64,000 nucleotides of DNA from Macrostomum hystrix. Lineage: Eukaryota; Animalia; Platyhelminthes. Below, piece by piece: positions 35,301 to 48,053 of the stretch. The DNA is taken from the NCBI GenBank assembly GCA_950097015.1, contig CATNEN010000013.1, forward strand, positions 124,001-188,000, written 5' to 3'. Numbering within the stretch: position 1 is the first letter of the stretch; every line of letters starts with the position of its first letter. Below the pieces are notes generated by a model. That model was given only the letters and a program-made list of their open reading frames with translations, was not told the DNA's origin and searched no databases. The translations under genes and the position numbers were made by a program.

Positions 35301-38300
35301 ATGGCGAATAAGTTCAAACTGATCTACTTCCCGATTCGCTTCCGAGCCGAGGGACTCCGCTGGACTCTGGCCTACTCCGGCCTGCCCTGGGAGGACAAGA
35401 AAATCATGATGGAGGAGTGGGCCGGACTCAAGCCTAGTGAGACTTGCACAGCTGTTTGTAGCCTGTCTGGCATAGCTGAATAATGCTTGGCATGTCCTAT
35501 CAGTCAGAGATTGGAGTGATCAGTCTGTCCAATCAGTCAGAGATTGGAGTGATCAGTCTGTCCAATCAGTCAGAGATTGGAGTGATCAGTCTGTCCAATC
35601 AGTCAGAGATTGGAGTGATCAGTCTGTTGAATCAGTCAGAGGTTGGAGTGATCAGTCTGTCCAATCAGTCAGAGATTGGAGTGATCAGTCTGTTGAATCA
35701 GTCAGAGATTGGAGTGATCAGTCTTTTGAATCAGTCAGAGATTGGAGTGATCAGTCTGTTGAATCAGTTAGAGATTGGAGTGATCAGTCTGTTGAATCAG
35801 TCAGAGATTGGAGTGATCAGTCTGTTGAATCAGTCAGAGATTGGAGTGATCAGTCTGTCCAATCAGTCAGAGATTGGAGTGATCAGTCTGTTGAATCAGT
35901 CAGAGATTGGAGTGATCAGTCTGTTGAATCAGTCAGAGATTGGAGTGATCAGTCTGTTGAATCAGTCAGAGATTGGAGTGATCAGTCTGTTGAATCAGTC
36001 AGAGATTGGAGTGATCAGTCTGTTGAATCAGTCAGAGATTAGAGTGATCAGTCTTTTGAATCAGTCAGAGATTGGAGTGATCAGTCTGTTGAATCAGTCA
36101 GAGATTGGAGTGATCAGTCTGTTGAATCAGTCAGAGATTGGAGTGATCAGTCTGTTGAATCAGTCAGAGATTGGAGTGATCAGTCTGTTGAATCAGTTAG
36201 AGATTGGAGTGATCAGTCTGTTGAATCAGTCAGAGATTGGAGTGATCAGTCTATTGAATCAGTCAGAGATTGGAGTGATCAGTCTGTTGAATCAGTCAGA
36301 GATTGGAGTGATCAGTCTGTTGAATCAGTCAGAGATTGGAGTGATCAGTCTGTTGAATCAGTCAGAGATTGGAGTGATCAGTCTGTTGAATCAGTCAGAG
36401 ATTGAAGTGATCAGTCTGTTGAATCAGTCAGAGATTGGAGTGATCAGTCTGTTGAATCAGTCAGAGATTGGAGTGATCAGTCTGTCCAATCAGTCAGAGA
36501 TTGAAGTGATCAGTCTGTTGAATCAGTCAGAGATTGGAGTGATCAGTCTGTTGAATCAGTCAGAGATTGGAGTGATCAGTCTGTTGAATCAGTCAGAGAT
36601 TGGAGTGATCAGTCTGTTGAATCAGTCAGAGATTGGAGTGATCAGTCTGTTGAATCAGTCAGAGATTGGAGTGATCAGTCTGTTGAATCAGTCAGAGATT
36701 GAAGTGATCAGTCTGTTGAATCAGTCAGAGATTGGAGTGATCAGTCTGTTGAATCAGTCAGAGATTGGAGTGATCAGTCTGTCCAATCAGTCAGATTGGA
36801 GTGATCAGTCTGTCCAATCAGTCAGATTGGAGTGATCAGTCTGTCCAATCAGTCAGATTGGAGTGATCAGTCTGTCCAATCAGTCAGATTGGAGTGATCA
36901 GTCTGTCCAATCAGTCAGATTGGAGTGATCAGTCTGCTTTATGAGTCACATGAGTGCTTAAACTAAGTTATTAGCGACCATGCATGTTCATCGTGTGAGT
37001 ACACTATGCCTGTACAGTATGAATGGAATGGTAGCATTCGCACCACGACTGCATTATTAGCTACTAGCATAGCAAAGCAATCGAGCATTGGCGATTCAAT
37101 CCGAGAAGAAGTGATGGATTGACAGCATAGTTTCACAACCTGAAAGCTACACCCATCCTATTGATTTACGGTCAGCAATTTCCCCCACACCCGCTAGCGC
37201 CCTGATGACAACTCGCAGGTCATCTCCGGAATTGCCAGCCTGTTAATAACAGCAGGCCGCGGCATGACTTCGTTAAGCAGAAGGGAACCGCTGCAAATGC
37301 GTTATTGCCGGCGCCCCGGTAATTGGCACCTCGCTCTCGCACGAATCGAACCTCGTCCCCCATAGCAACGAGTGCTTGCACAGACTCGCCTCACACTTTT
37401 CCTCATTTCCGACTAGGCGCAGCTTCCTCGCCTCATCATCTTCTCCCTTCTATCACACAGAATTTTCTGCCTGTTTGTGCCCCGGCACCTCTTCTTCTGC
37501 AGCCTTTTCATCCTCTATCCCGGCTCGTGTAGAACGAATGCTTAATCCTCCATCGCTTACAGCTCCCTTGGGGAGGACGGGCACAACTGCCCAGGTCGGC
37601 AAAGAAGTCTTGCAGCCAGGGGGTGGGGCTGGGTGGCAAAAACAGGCAGATTTTGTTGGAAAAATCCCGGCAAAGTGGGGCTGCACAACACGAGACAGGT
37701 GCGGCGCCCCGCAGTTTAATTTGTCACCTTTTATTCCTTTTCCTAAAATAAGCCAACTTCAAACGGGATCTCCACTCTCAACTCCCATCTCGCTACAGTC
37801 TCAGTGGGCTCGATGGATAGCTGCTCAAGGACAGGCGAGGTAGAGATAAAATTGCGGGCTCCTGGAACTCGCTTGAGTCGATGAGATGGGCGTCAAATCG
37901 GGGGGGGGCGCCGCACTCCGCGGCCTCGGTAGGAATTGAGTAGCTAACGAGGAGGATCAGTACAGGGAGAATTTTTATAAGTAAGAGAGGCCTCTGGATT
38001 TCGGTATGAGCTCTAAATTTGTCTAATTTTTCTCTTTCCATTTCGTCTTCGCCCAGAGTAGAAGAAGCCGCTTCTGGCGGATAAAAACGGGACGCCCAAA
38101 TCCAGCTTCAATCGAGTGTGTTGGTGCGTGTGTGTCGCCGGATTTTTTTGACGCTGCTGCATTCAGGCTTCTCGAGAACTTCAGCCCCACCCCACTCCGT
38201 GCACCTAGGAAATTTTTGTAAACTTTCCTTTCGCCCGATTTAGCCTCAAAAATGGCAGAGAGAGAGGAGAAAAGCGGATCAGGCAAAGTAGAATCCATCA

Positions 38301-40473
38301 AGCGCTGTTCGGCATGGCTGAGCACAAGCGGCTGAGCAGTTCCAGTTGGCCACTCTCGGTTGCCAACCAAGGGGCAGTCAGGCCAGACCCTGGCGTGACT
38401 CACCCAAATAGCCGTCTGGGTAATTTATCGCCACCCGAGTAAGCTCAGCTGCTTCAGGTGTGCACCATTCTCCACCTGCTTTGATGCTAGGAGCGGTGGA
38501 CAATGCGGCTACTCTCCGATCAGTTATAAAATGGACTCATCTGATCAAGATTCCTGAGTTCGAATGCACTGGCTCTCAAAATTTCACATTCCCCAATGTT
38601 TTAGGCAAGCCCAAATACCAAAGTCCCTCAAATTTCACTATTCAAAAATGTACATTCCCTGAAATTCACATCCCCGAATTCGCATCCCCAAAATTTCATA
38701 TCCCCAATTTTCCCATTTCCCAAGTTTCAATTTCCCAATTACTAAAATCGTTAGTCTACCAAATTATCGCAACCTAAAGGGTGCTGTGAAATTTGGTAGA
38801 AGGGAAATTAAGGGAATATGGAGTTTGGGATTAAGACATTCGGGGTAGTGCAATAGCATCTGAATCATACGAGCAACTCACTTTATCTAATCATATGAGC
38901 TAGTCTCGATTTTGTAATTGGTCATCGAAGAAAGTTATAGAATACTGAACTTTATGGATTCGACCGAGGCACGCTACTATTAGTAGCATAGCATTCAGCA
39001 TAGCAATCAGGAAGTCGACGCTTGACGACCCTTCGTGAACAAGCGAGAATATTATGCATGGTTTCCAAAATTCAGGAAATGAATATTTCAAATTTCCTGA
39101 ACTGAACTATGAGCAGTTGATGCTGTTCTCTTTTCTAACCATTGATGCACAGTGACAATGAGAAAGTCAGGGCTTTGTGAAGTGCTAGTTACATGTGCGT
39201 ACCTGTTTGAGTTTGAGTCTGCGTATGTATATATGTGCCCGTATGCTCAGGGATCAGCGGGCACGAAATTTTCCTCACTCGCTGTGAGTCGACTCACTAA
39301 AATGATGCGTCTGTGTCCACAGCCCCTTCAAATATAGTAATTACTGTCCTCCGCAGCTGTTCCGTCAGGCATTCTCCCCTGCCTGGTGACCCCGGACGGT
39401 CGCAAGCTGGTGCAGTCGGCCGCCATCGCCCGCTTCCTGGCCGTCCGGGCCGGTCTGTACCCCACTGGCGAGGCCGAGCAGTGCAAATGCGACGAGATCA
39501 TTGCCCTGGTGCAGTGTGACCTCATGGCCGCCTACGAGCAGTTCCTGCCGCTCAGGCCGGCCGAGGAGCGCCGGCGCGGCTACGACAACTGGAACGAGAA
39601 GGCGGCGCCGAGGATGCTGGGCTACCTGGACGGCATTTTGGCAGAGAGCCAGTCGGGCTACCTGATCGGAGACAAGGTACCTGAATGGTTTTTTTATCAG
39701 CCATTTTATCAGCTCAGTCGGTCGAATCATTTAGAGGTCGTTTCTTCGAGATTCAGTTTTATGGATCAGTTTTATGCGAAATGCTAATTCTGAAACCATT
39801 GCTTTCATTGAAACGGCTCGCACAATTTTACCATGTAAATATATTAAAAAGAACGGAATCACTAAGTAAGGCTCGCTCCATGGCTTTAGCAGTAGAGAGA
39901 CCACGGGCCTACACTTTTCTTTCTTTCGCTATCGAAAGAAATCCACGTTGGCTATTATTGTTGATTATGCGAGTATTGTATTGATTTTATTATTATTAAA
40001 ACTACATAGGTTCTTATGCAGAGCAATGCTAGTTGTCCTTGTCAAAAGAGTTCTTCGACACGATTCGCTGACGTCGGATGGCTTTGAACATTAGTTCATC
40101 GGAAAGGATGGAAAATTTTGATCCATATGGTGGACTTTCACGAAAAGCGGACATTCGGTTCGGCAGCTATCGGGAAGTAGGCAGTGGGTATTTGAAATAG
40201 CCTGTGGTCTTCCCAAGGGGGGAAATAGCGTGGTGTTGCTACTGTCAATGCAGCTCACAATATCCTCGTCCCGTGTCCACCCGTCACCAGCTGACCATCG
40301 CCGACCTGCTGGTAGCGGCCGTGGTGGACTCGCTGTCCCAGATCCCGGAGGTGCGGGCCTCCGCTCAGTCGCGCAAGAACCTGACTGCCCACCTGTCCCG
40401 CCTGCGACAGCACGAGAAGCTGGCAGCCTACCTGAGATGTCGCGACGACTCATTTCCGGGTTTCAACGTGTGA
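35301..40473 (+). CDS. Glutathione S-transferase, sigma-like class, 212 aa; 3 exons
   Basis: Exons 35301-35436 (KLIYFPIRFRAEGLR), 39357-39676 (VPSGILP..QSAAIARFL), 40291-40473 (LTIADL..). GT-AG junctions are in phase. Confidence 0.92.
35500..36935. repeat. 33-bp minisatellite (~43 units) in GST intron 1
   Basis: CAGTCAGAGATTGGAGTGATCAGTCTGTTGAAT; the source of the spurious 450-aa ORF. Confidence 0.97.
40060..40245 (-). repeat. Dispersed repeat family C, copy 2 (GST intron 2)
   Basis: Reverse complement reads GACAGTAGCAACACCACGCTATTTCCCC..GACCACAGGCTATTTCAAATACCCACTGCC..GAAAGTCCACCAT. Confidence 0.75.
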
Positions 40474-40780
40474 ATTCGCGGGCTTTTTTGTTGGCTGCAT
40501 TCGCTACTGATGCTTGCAATAGAGATGACCGCGGCGCATCGCGAATGTGAATTTTATATTCTCTCCGATCTGTCCCGACGGAAACAACTAGATTAATAAA
40601 TTATCGAGCATCAGAATTGCATAGTCAACAACACTTTTTCGATCTCTTGCCCCAAGTGACGCTTGACCCTCACCGTTGAGAGTAGTTTATACTCATTATT
40701 AAATATACAATCAAATTAGGCAACACCAAATATTACAGAATGCACTATTAAACATAATTTGGACTCGTCCTTGTAACCTT

Positions 40781-41035
40781 GTTGTAGCCATGTGGTTAGA
40801 GCATCGGGCTCACTACTTGAAGGTCGGGGGTTCGATTTCTGACTCCATTGAATTAATATGTGACCTTTGGCAAGACACTTAACTGTGTCTTAGCATTAGC
40901 TGGTGTTATTGAGGGTAGGTGTGGCGTCTCCCCAGTCCATGGACTGAACAGCTGTACGCAGCTGCGGCTGTGCTGGCGGCTGCACATCTGGCCCAATTGG
41001 GGCAGGGGTAAACGGTAATAATATTAATTATTATT
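40781..41035 (+). mobile_element. tRNA-derived CORE-like SINE family B
   Basis: TGTGGTTAGAGC (A box), GGTTCGATTTC (B box), CORE-like TGTGACCTTTGGCAAGACACTTAAC, AT-rich tail; homologous to 53475-53705. Confidence 0.8.
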
Positions 41036-41503
41036 TTAATTGGATTCGGTCAAACACTATGTTCACCCATAAAATTATGTTTTATATCTGACGCTTAAAA
41101 TGCTCTGAAATAAAAAGGGTTGTTAAAACCATTTGCGCAAATCAGTAAAAGTACAATACTATCCAAAGCAAGCGCAAAGGCCATTGACTTACTCGCGCGG
41201 CGTTCTCAGAAAAGCAAATCTCAATCGCAATTAAAATTTTCAAACCGTGCACTATAAAGTTCTTAATTGCGGCTTTACGTGTCATTGAGCTATCGAGTTG
41301 CACCAATTATCGTTTAAGCCTGGCTTCACAATCACTGATCGATCAGCGACCAATGAGGAGTGCCCGTGTGCCTGCAAAATATCATTTTCTGTTTACCATC
41401 CTTGTAAAGTCAGCGGGGCCAGTTATAAATTAGCCGTCTATAGGAATTTTTGTCACCTCTGGAAAGCAATCTAAAAGCCAGTGAGACTAATTTTAAACGA
41501 ACA

Positions 41504-44500
41504 ATGATGCTCACGGCTGGAGCGCTGTGGGCCATGATTCTGGTGGCCTTAGCAGCAGTCGCTGCGCCTTTATCAAAGCCGACGGATACCGGGAGATACC
41601 GTCCGCAGTGTGAGACGTCTATCGCTGCTAAGTAAAAAGATTGTTCTAGCACTATTTGTTATAGCCAACTTTTTTGCTGGTTTGAGGGTTCCTAAAACAT
41701 ATATTTTAGGAAAATTATTTTGCCTGCCTCATGGCAATTTCAGGTAACTATCTAATTAGTTTGTACGTTTATCACGAATAACCAAACAGTTCGGACTCAG
41801 GGTCGCTGCCACGCGATGTCAGGACCAACTCAACAGACCGCCTCGCGGCCCTTCGCAACTGGATGACGGAGCAGGGCATCGAGTGGTACCTGGAGACTGG
41901 CCTGGACTCCGGCCTTCAGAGTTGGACTGAGCCTGCAGATCAGTTTCTGAGATGGATCAGCGGCTTCACTGGCTCGCACGGTTTGTCTTTTCTGCGAATA
42001 CTTTCAGTCCTTTTTGACGTCATAATTATACTTTCACTTACTGTCTTGAACGATTTCAACCGCTTATACCGATTATACAAACGAAAATATCGACGTTAAT
42101 CAAGAAACTATTAACAGCATTTCAAGCTTCTAAGTCCAGACGAGAGCGAAACTTTCATAGTAAACAATAAACAGTTCTTCAAATAGGCAATCATTTAGCT
42201 AATGAGCGGCCGTTTCAGCATCAAAACAGACCACTTCTATGAATGACAGGAACACAGAAACCAAAAGCAACGAAACCCAGGCGACTGCGCGCGGCGTCGT
42301 CCAAGAAATGGATTGGGCACTCAGAAAGCTGCCGTGTCGAGCTGTTTATGGTGCCAGGTGATCTAATTGCCGCATACAAGGGCAGCCTTTATAATCCATC
42401 ACAGTCCGACAGCATCGGGCAAATTTGCAAATCTCTGAACGATCGGGCGCGTTTTCAGTGCGTGGCTGGACTTCAGAGCGTCCTTCGATTTGTCACAGCT
42501 AGCCAGCAACTGGAAGGGTGGAAAGGCGCGAAACGAAACTAAAGTTTGACGCCTAGCCAGAATAAAACACATTGAGGATTAAAACATAGGCTTTTTGTTT
42601 TAGAAACTAAACTGTTGTTCGTCTCAGCAAAACGGATCAGTTGTTTGCATGGATAAAACAGCTGGAGCTCTAGCTAATGCAGTATTACCTAATATAAACT
42701 TTGCAATATGGATGGCATTAATTCTCCTTTGATAACTGATCGCAACCCACATTGCACCAACCGCAGGCGAGGCCCTGGTGTCGCACACGTGGGCCCAACT
42801 ATTCACTGATGAGCGCTACACTGTGCAAGCAGACGCGGAGCTTGACTGCATCAACTGGCGCATGAGCGCTGATAGCTCCTTCGAATCATGGCTTCTGAGG
42901 TATTCGGGTCCGCGCGTCACTCTGGGCATTGACATCAGCCGCGTCAGCTGGGGCCGCGCCAGCTGGCTGGCCAACTCCAATCCTCAGCGCCTTAAGCTGG
43001 TCTCACTACCGGCAGGTCAGCCGGCCAATAAACTATGGAGGACGGGTCGGCCTCATCGACAAGCTCGCCAGGTCTATCCTTTGTACAAACACTACACTGG
43101 CGGCAGCTCCTGGCAGGCGAAGGTCTCGGCCGCCAGAGCAGTCATGGAATCAGAAGGAGCAGCCGCTATGGCTATCACGGCTTTGGACGAGGTGGCCTAC
43201 CTAATGAACCTGCGGGCCACTGTAGTAGCCGGTCAGCCCTACTTCCAGGGCATGGTGCTGCTGACTAGGAACTCAACAAGCCCCCTATTATTCCTAGCAA
43301 ATGCCAGTGACATCTTGGCCAATCCTGCTGTGCGGCGTCATCTCGTTGGAGCGCGAGTGAACGACCTCGCAAATCTGGCTACTTTTGGGGCTTCTGACGG
43401 CCTTGGACTGGACACTAAACTGTGGATCTCTCGAAATCGAGTTTCAGCCGCCATAGCTGCGGCTCTGATGGGTCCATCGTTCGATATATTTAATCCCTTG
43501 GCTTACAATCACTTAGCTGTGATCGACCAGGACACCCCGGTGCGTCTAGCCAAGGCGGTCAAGTCGCCCGGTGAGCGGAAAGTTTTCGCCGCCTGCAGCC
43601 TGCTAGACTCAGCAGCTCTGGTTGCCGCCCTTAACGAGTTGAGCTGGTTGGTGTCCGCAGACCGAATGGTCACAGAGTTATCCGCCGCGCGCCTGATTGA
43701 CAGGCACCGGGCTCGTCTGCCTAACTACCGCGGCCGGAGCTTCGCTACCATATCAGCCGTGGGAAAACACGCGGCGTTAGTGCACTACACACCCAGTATC
43801 GCAACTGACACACGTCTGGAGCCCAGAACCAGCACAACTGACGCTTTGCTGCTCATTGACTCGGGTGGACAGTACCTCGGCTGCACCACTGACGTCACGC
43901 GTACTATTTACTATGGACGAGACCCTGCTCCACAGTTTGTGCGAGACGCCTACACCAGGGTCCTGATGGGCGCCATTGATCTGCTTAGCCTGCACTGGCC
44001 GGCCGAGTATTTCAGCAGCGCTCTCGATCCTTTCGCAAGGAGGCATCTGTGGCAGGCGGGCCTGGACTATAGGCACAGTACAGGTCACGGAATCGGACAG
44101 TTCCTTGGCGTGCACGAAGGTCCAAATGCCATCGGGAACTGGGGCAACCGGCTTACCATCGGGCAGTTCCAGTCTGTGGAGCCCGGCTATTATAGACCAG
44201 CCCAGCCCGGTGTGCAGGGCTTTGGAGTTCGCTTGGAGACCATCACAGGGGTGGAGTCGCGAGGTCCTAATGTAGATTATACGGAAGCCAAATTCTTGCG
44301 CCTCCAACCAGTCACGTGGGTTCCGTACGATCGTCGGCTAATTGATACGAACCTCATGAGCGGCCAGCAGTTGCACTGGCTTAACTGGTATCACTCAGAG
44401 TGTCGGACACGGCTGGCCGAGCCGTTGGCTCAAATCGGCCAGACTGTACAAGCGGCTAACTGGCTGTCAGAGGCCACCAAGCCAATTTTGCCTGTGGACG

Positions 44501-44586
44501 GAGCAATGAAACAGGGTGGAAGTCTTAAAGCTGTGCTGCTTTCGGCACTAACAGCAGCTGGAACTGTGAAACTCATTGCTTGGTGA
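41504..44586 (+). CDS. XPNPEP2: Xaa-Pro aminopeptidase (aminopeptidase P, M24B), secreted/GPI-anchored XPNPEP2 type; 3 exons
   Basis: Exons 41504-41631 (signal peptide MMLTAGALWAMILVALAAVAA), 41790-41980 (RLAALR..ISGFTGSHG), 42767-44586 (FTDERY; IDSGGQY..TTDVTRT; HSTGHGIG..VHEGP; SVEPGYY; GVRLE). Hydrophobic C-terminus. Orthology is inferred from the termini only. Confidence 0.9.
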
Positions 44587-45964
44587 ATCTTGAACAGATG
44601 CACTATGGAGGAAAAAAACAAAATTAATTTTTCAGAGAATTGTACGCAGGACAGTTTTGTTTACTTTTTATCTAATTTTGCATTGACTGTAAGAAATTTC
44701 CCACAACAGGTAATCATCGCAACAGTTTTACGTGAGCTGAAATGTAATTTATACATGTAGTTACGGAATTGTGGCTATGTCAGAAACGAGACCTCGCATA
44801 CATGCATAAACAAAATTAGAGCTAAACTGATTTTCTGCGCGATTAATTGTTTCTATTCTGCGTGCACTAGCCATAACACTAATACTCGTAATAAAGTTTG
44901 AATGCACCCTTATGTAGCCATACTGCATGGCTACTGCAAACAATTCGGAAGGTAATCGCTTAAGAGAAATAAATATGGCTATGGTAACAAATATATACGT
45001 GTGTAAGGTGTATAAATACGATTTTTGTACAACGTAAGTTAATTAGCAGGAATATGCACCATGTAAATCACCGGCCGTCTCCATTGCTTACCCACGCAGG
45101 CGCTTTTGGTTCAAAGAATTAGCCACGTGACAGCTGTTTCGTTTAATAGATACGGTCGGTGAATCCAAGCTGCGCGTGTATTTCGTTAACCTTAACAGTA
45201 GAACTACCATGGGGGATTCCCCCTTGGTATAAGAACGGGCGGCAAAATGGCTTGGTAATACTACCGATAAAATTGATGAGAAAGTTTTTCGACAATTCAG
45301 ATCAAACTCAGACAACATTTACTAATACTCGTAGCTAAAATGCTGAATAGGCTAAATGCAATACTTGCAAAAGCAAGTTGTGACACAGCTGGTATATCAA
45401 CATGACCCGGCCCTGCCAGAACGGGATCTGACAATGCCAGCAGTTGTCCGCGGCCGATAGCTTAAGCTCGTTTACTGGTCCCAGACTTTAATGACAGCGG
45501 CCTTTTATCATGAATTGGAAATGTCGATATAACTCCTAAATAAATAGAATAGAATGCACAACTAACTTAGAGGTAGATTTACAGCCAGTCGCACTTTACA
45601 CCTTACACGTGTGTGTACTTAGTCGTTTCAGAAGAGCCCCGGAGTAGCCATACGCACCCAACTTTCTACCCCAGCATGGCAAGTTTAGACAGTTAAGATT
45701 ACTAATGGAAATCTTGCTGAAGGACATACTGTTTAGTATCATAGACTGTACGTTTCGAAGTCCGAAGCCCTTACCCTCAGGCCAGAAACCTCCTTTGGTT
45801 GCGACAGAATTTCATAGCCATACGTACCGCCTAAATACAAACTATTTTATTGAATCGACCGCTTATTAATTATACTTTTCTTATCTTTATCCTACATTGC
45901 TTACAGTAAATTTGGATGCCCTCAAATTCTAATTTGGTAATCTCGAAGGCCAGGCCTGTAGATC

Positions 45965-46525
45965 TCTCCCTCAGCCAGCACGGCACCTCGGTAGATCTCT
46001 CAGAGCCTTGGGCCACCCTCGGCCAGCACGGCACCTCGGTAGGTCTCTCAGAGCCTTGGGCCACCCTCGGCCAGCATGGCACCTCGGTACTCTCAGAGCC
46101 TTGGGCCACCCTCGGCCAGCACGGCACCTCGGTAGGTCTCTCAGAGCCTTGGGCCACCCTCGGCTAGCATGGCACCTCGGTAGATCTCTCAGAGCCTTGG
46201 GCCTCCCTCGGCCAGCATGGCACCTCGGTAGATCTCTCAGAGCCTTGGGCCTCCCTCGGCCAGCATGGCACCTCGGTAGATCTCTCCGAGCCTTGGGCCA
46301 CCCTCAGCCAGCACGGCACCTCGGTAGATCTCTCCGAGTCTTGGGCCACCCTCAGCCAGCATGGCACCTCGGTAGATCTCTCCGAGCCTTGGGCCACCCT
46401 CAGCCAGCACGGCACCTCGGTAGATCTCTCCGAGTTTTGGGCCACCCTCGGCCAGCACGGCACCTCGGTAGTAGATCTCTCCGAGCCTTGGGCCACCCTC
46501 GGCCAGCACGGCACCTCGGTAGTAG
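45965..46525. repeat. 48-bp minisatellite (~12 units)
   Basis: GGCACCTCGGTAGATCTCTCAGAGCCTTGGGCCACCCTCGGCCAGCAC. Confidence 0.95.
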
Positions 46526-48053
46526 ATCTCTAATAACAGCTCACGCCTGTCTGTAGCTCCAAGGGATCATCAAAATTTTGGGAACCGGCTAACTGTAGCC
46601 CGCGTCAATTGCGACGACCAACCCGGGGAGGGAAAGAGCGCTTCTCCAGCGCCAATCTCCTCCTGGTCCGGCGTGCACGTGTGGGCTGAGTGGAAATGGA
46701 CGGGGGAGAAAAAAAATTAATTGGCGAAGGCGAACAACATTGCGACTGGCTTATTGACTGGCTTACTGGCGTAGCAAATTGATATTAGTTATTTGATTAA
46801 AAACGAGTTTTTGCCGTTTTCTCAGTGGCCCAAAAGGATGTTGAAAAAATTATTTTGCCGACAGGCAAATGGCGAAACAAGCGAAATGAAAATACAACTA
46901 ACGCAAGATTGATAAACAACAGATAGAAATTACGAGTCTGAGTCTAAACTGGTATAATCAGATGCCAGTCAGATGATCCAGATACACGGACCGGATGGTG
47001 GGTTACCTCGTGCATTCGATGCATCTCAGGTGTCGGGTGGTAGCCTTCGAATTATAATAAGACGTCTTTCAAACCAGCCGATCGTTCACACTGGCACAGA
47101 CAACTTCAAGGTAAGATAACACTGGCAAAATAAATGCCAACATTAAACACAAAGCGACATAATTCTGCTTGCCAATGAGAACGACCGGTTGATCCCCGGC
47201 TGAGCAACGTGCTGCGAGATGCAAGATTATACCTAACAAGATTATACCTAACCTAGGTTGCTAGTAATGGATAGGACAACTATCTTTGTCTCTGTTGTTT
47301 TGCAATTCTTAAAAAATTTACAACTAAAATAGATTTTACGAAGAACCTTCCGAAAAAGAGTTAAATATTTGATACTAAACATAAAATATTATACTTAATT
47401 TAAATAAAACGAGCGATATGGAAAACCAAACTAAACAAAATAAGCGCGGGGAGACATTGCGTCGTGAAGATGCTTTAGTAGCTTCGTAGTTAACAACAAT
47501 GACGTTTATAAACAGACAGAAAAGATAGCATAAGTAGCGATTCCAGTTAATCAAAAGGAATCATGACGGGACAGATGCAATCCACAGCAACTTTTAAGTT
47601 TTAGACACTAAGTTTTTACTAAACAACTGGTTAATTATAAAATTCAGGGATAATAAAAGACGCACGAATGGTCATTAGAAGCAAAAGAAAATTTGTTATA
47701 TTGAAACAATTTTGGTCGAATAATATTATTTTGATTTCGTATGGTTTATTTTACTTATAAAATGGAGCCTTAGACCGTTGCTGAGATATAAGTGAGAAGT
47801 CCACAGACCTCCACAGACAGAGATGTGGACTACTTATTATAAATATAAAGTAAAACAAGCAATTACGTATTTTAAGAAACCAAGTCAAGAACCCGGAGCA
47901 AAAATTAAATTATTACGACAAAAAAACAACAAACAAAGACCTACTACATACGAGAGCTTGTTGGACGGACAGCCCCGGTGTTGAGTCGAACGCAGAGTCT
48001 GCTTGCTGCGCACGAGTCACTGGAAAGCTGCGCCGACCCGTCTTGACTCGTCA

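Noticed and set aside
35483-36835. 450-aa ORF of NQSEIGVISLL repeats (LRR-like appearance)
   Set aside because: It is the stop-free frame of a 33-bp minisatellite within GST intron 1; there is no unique domain and no third-position-biased variation that I could see.
40781-40850. tRNA-like sequences (also about 16800-16871, 53630-53705, 57372-57450)
   Set aside because: A and B boxes are present but there is no complete cloverleaf or acceptor stem; they continue into shared SINE bodies.
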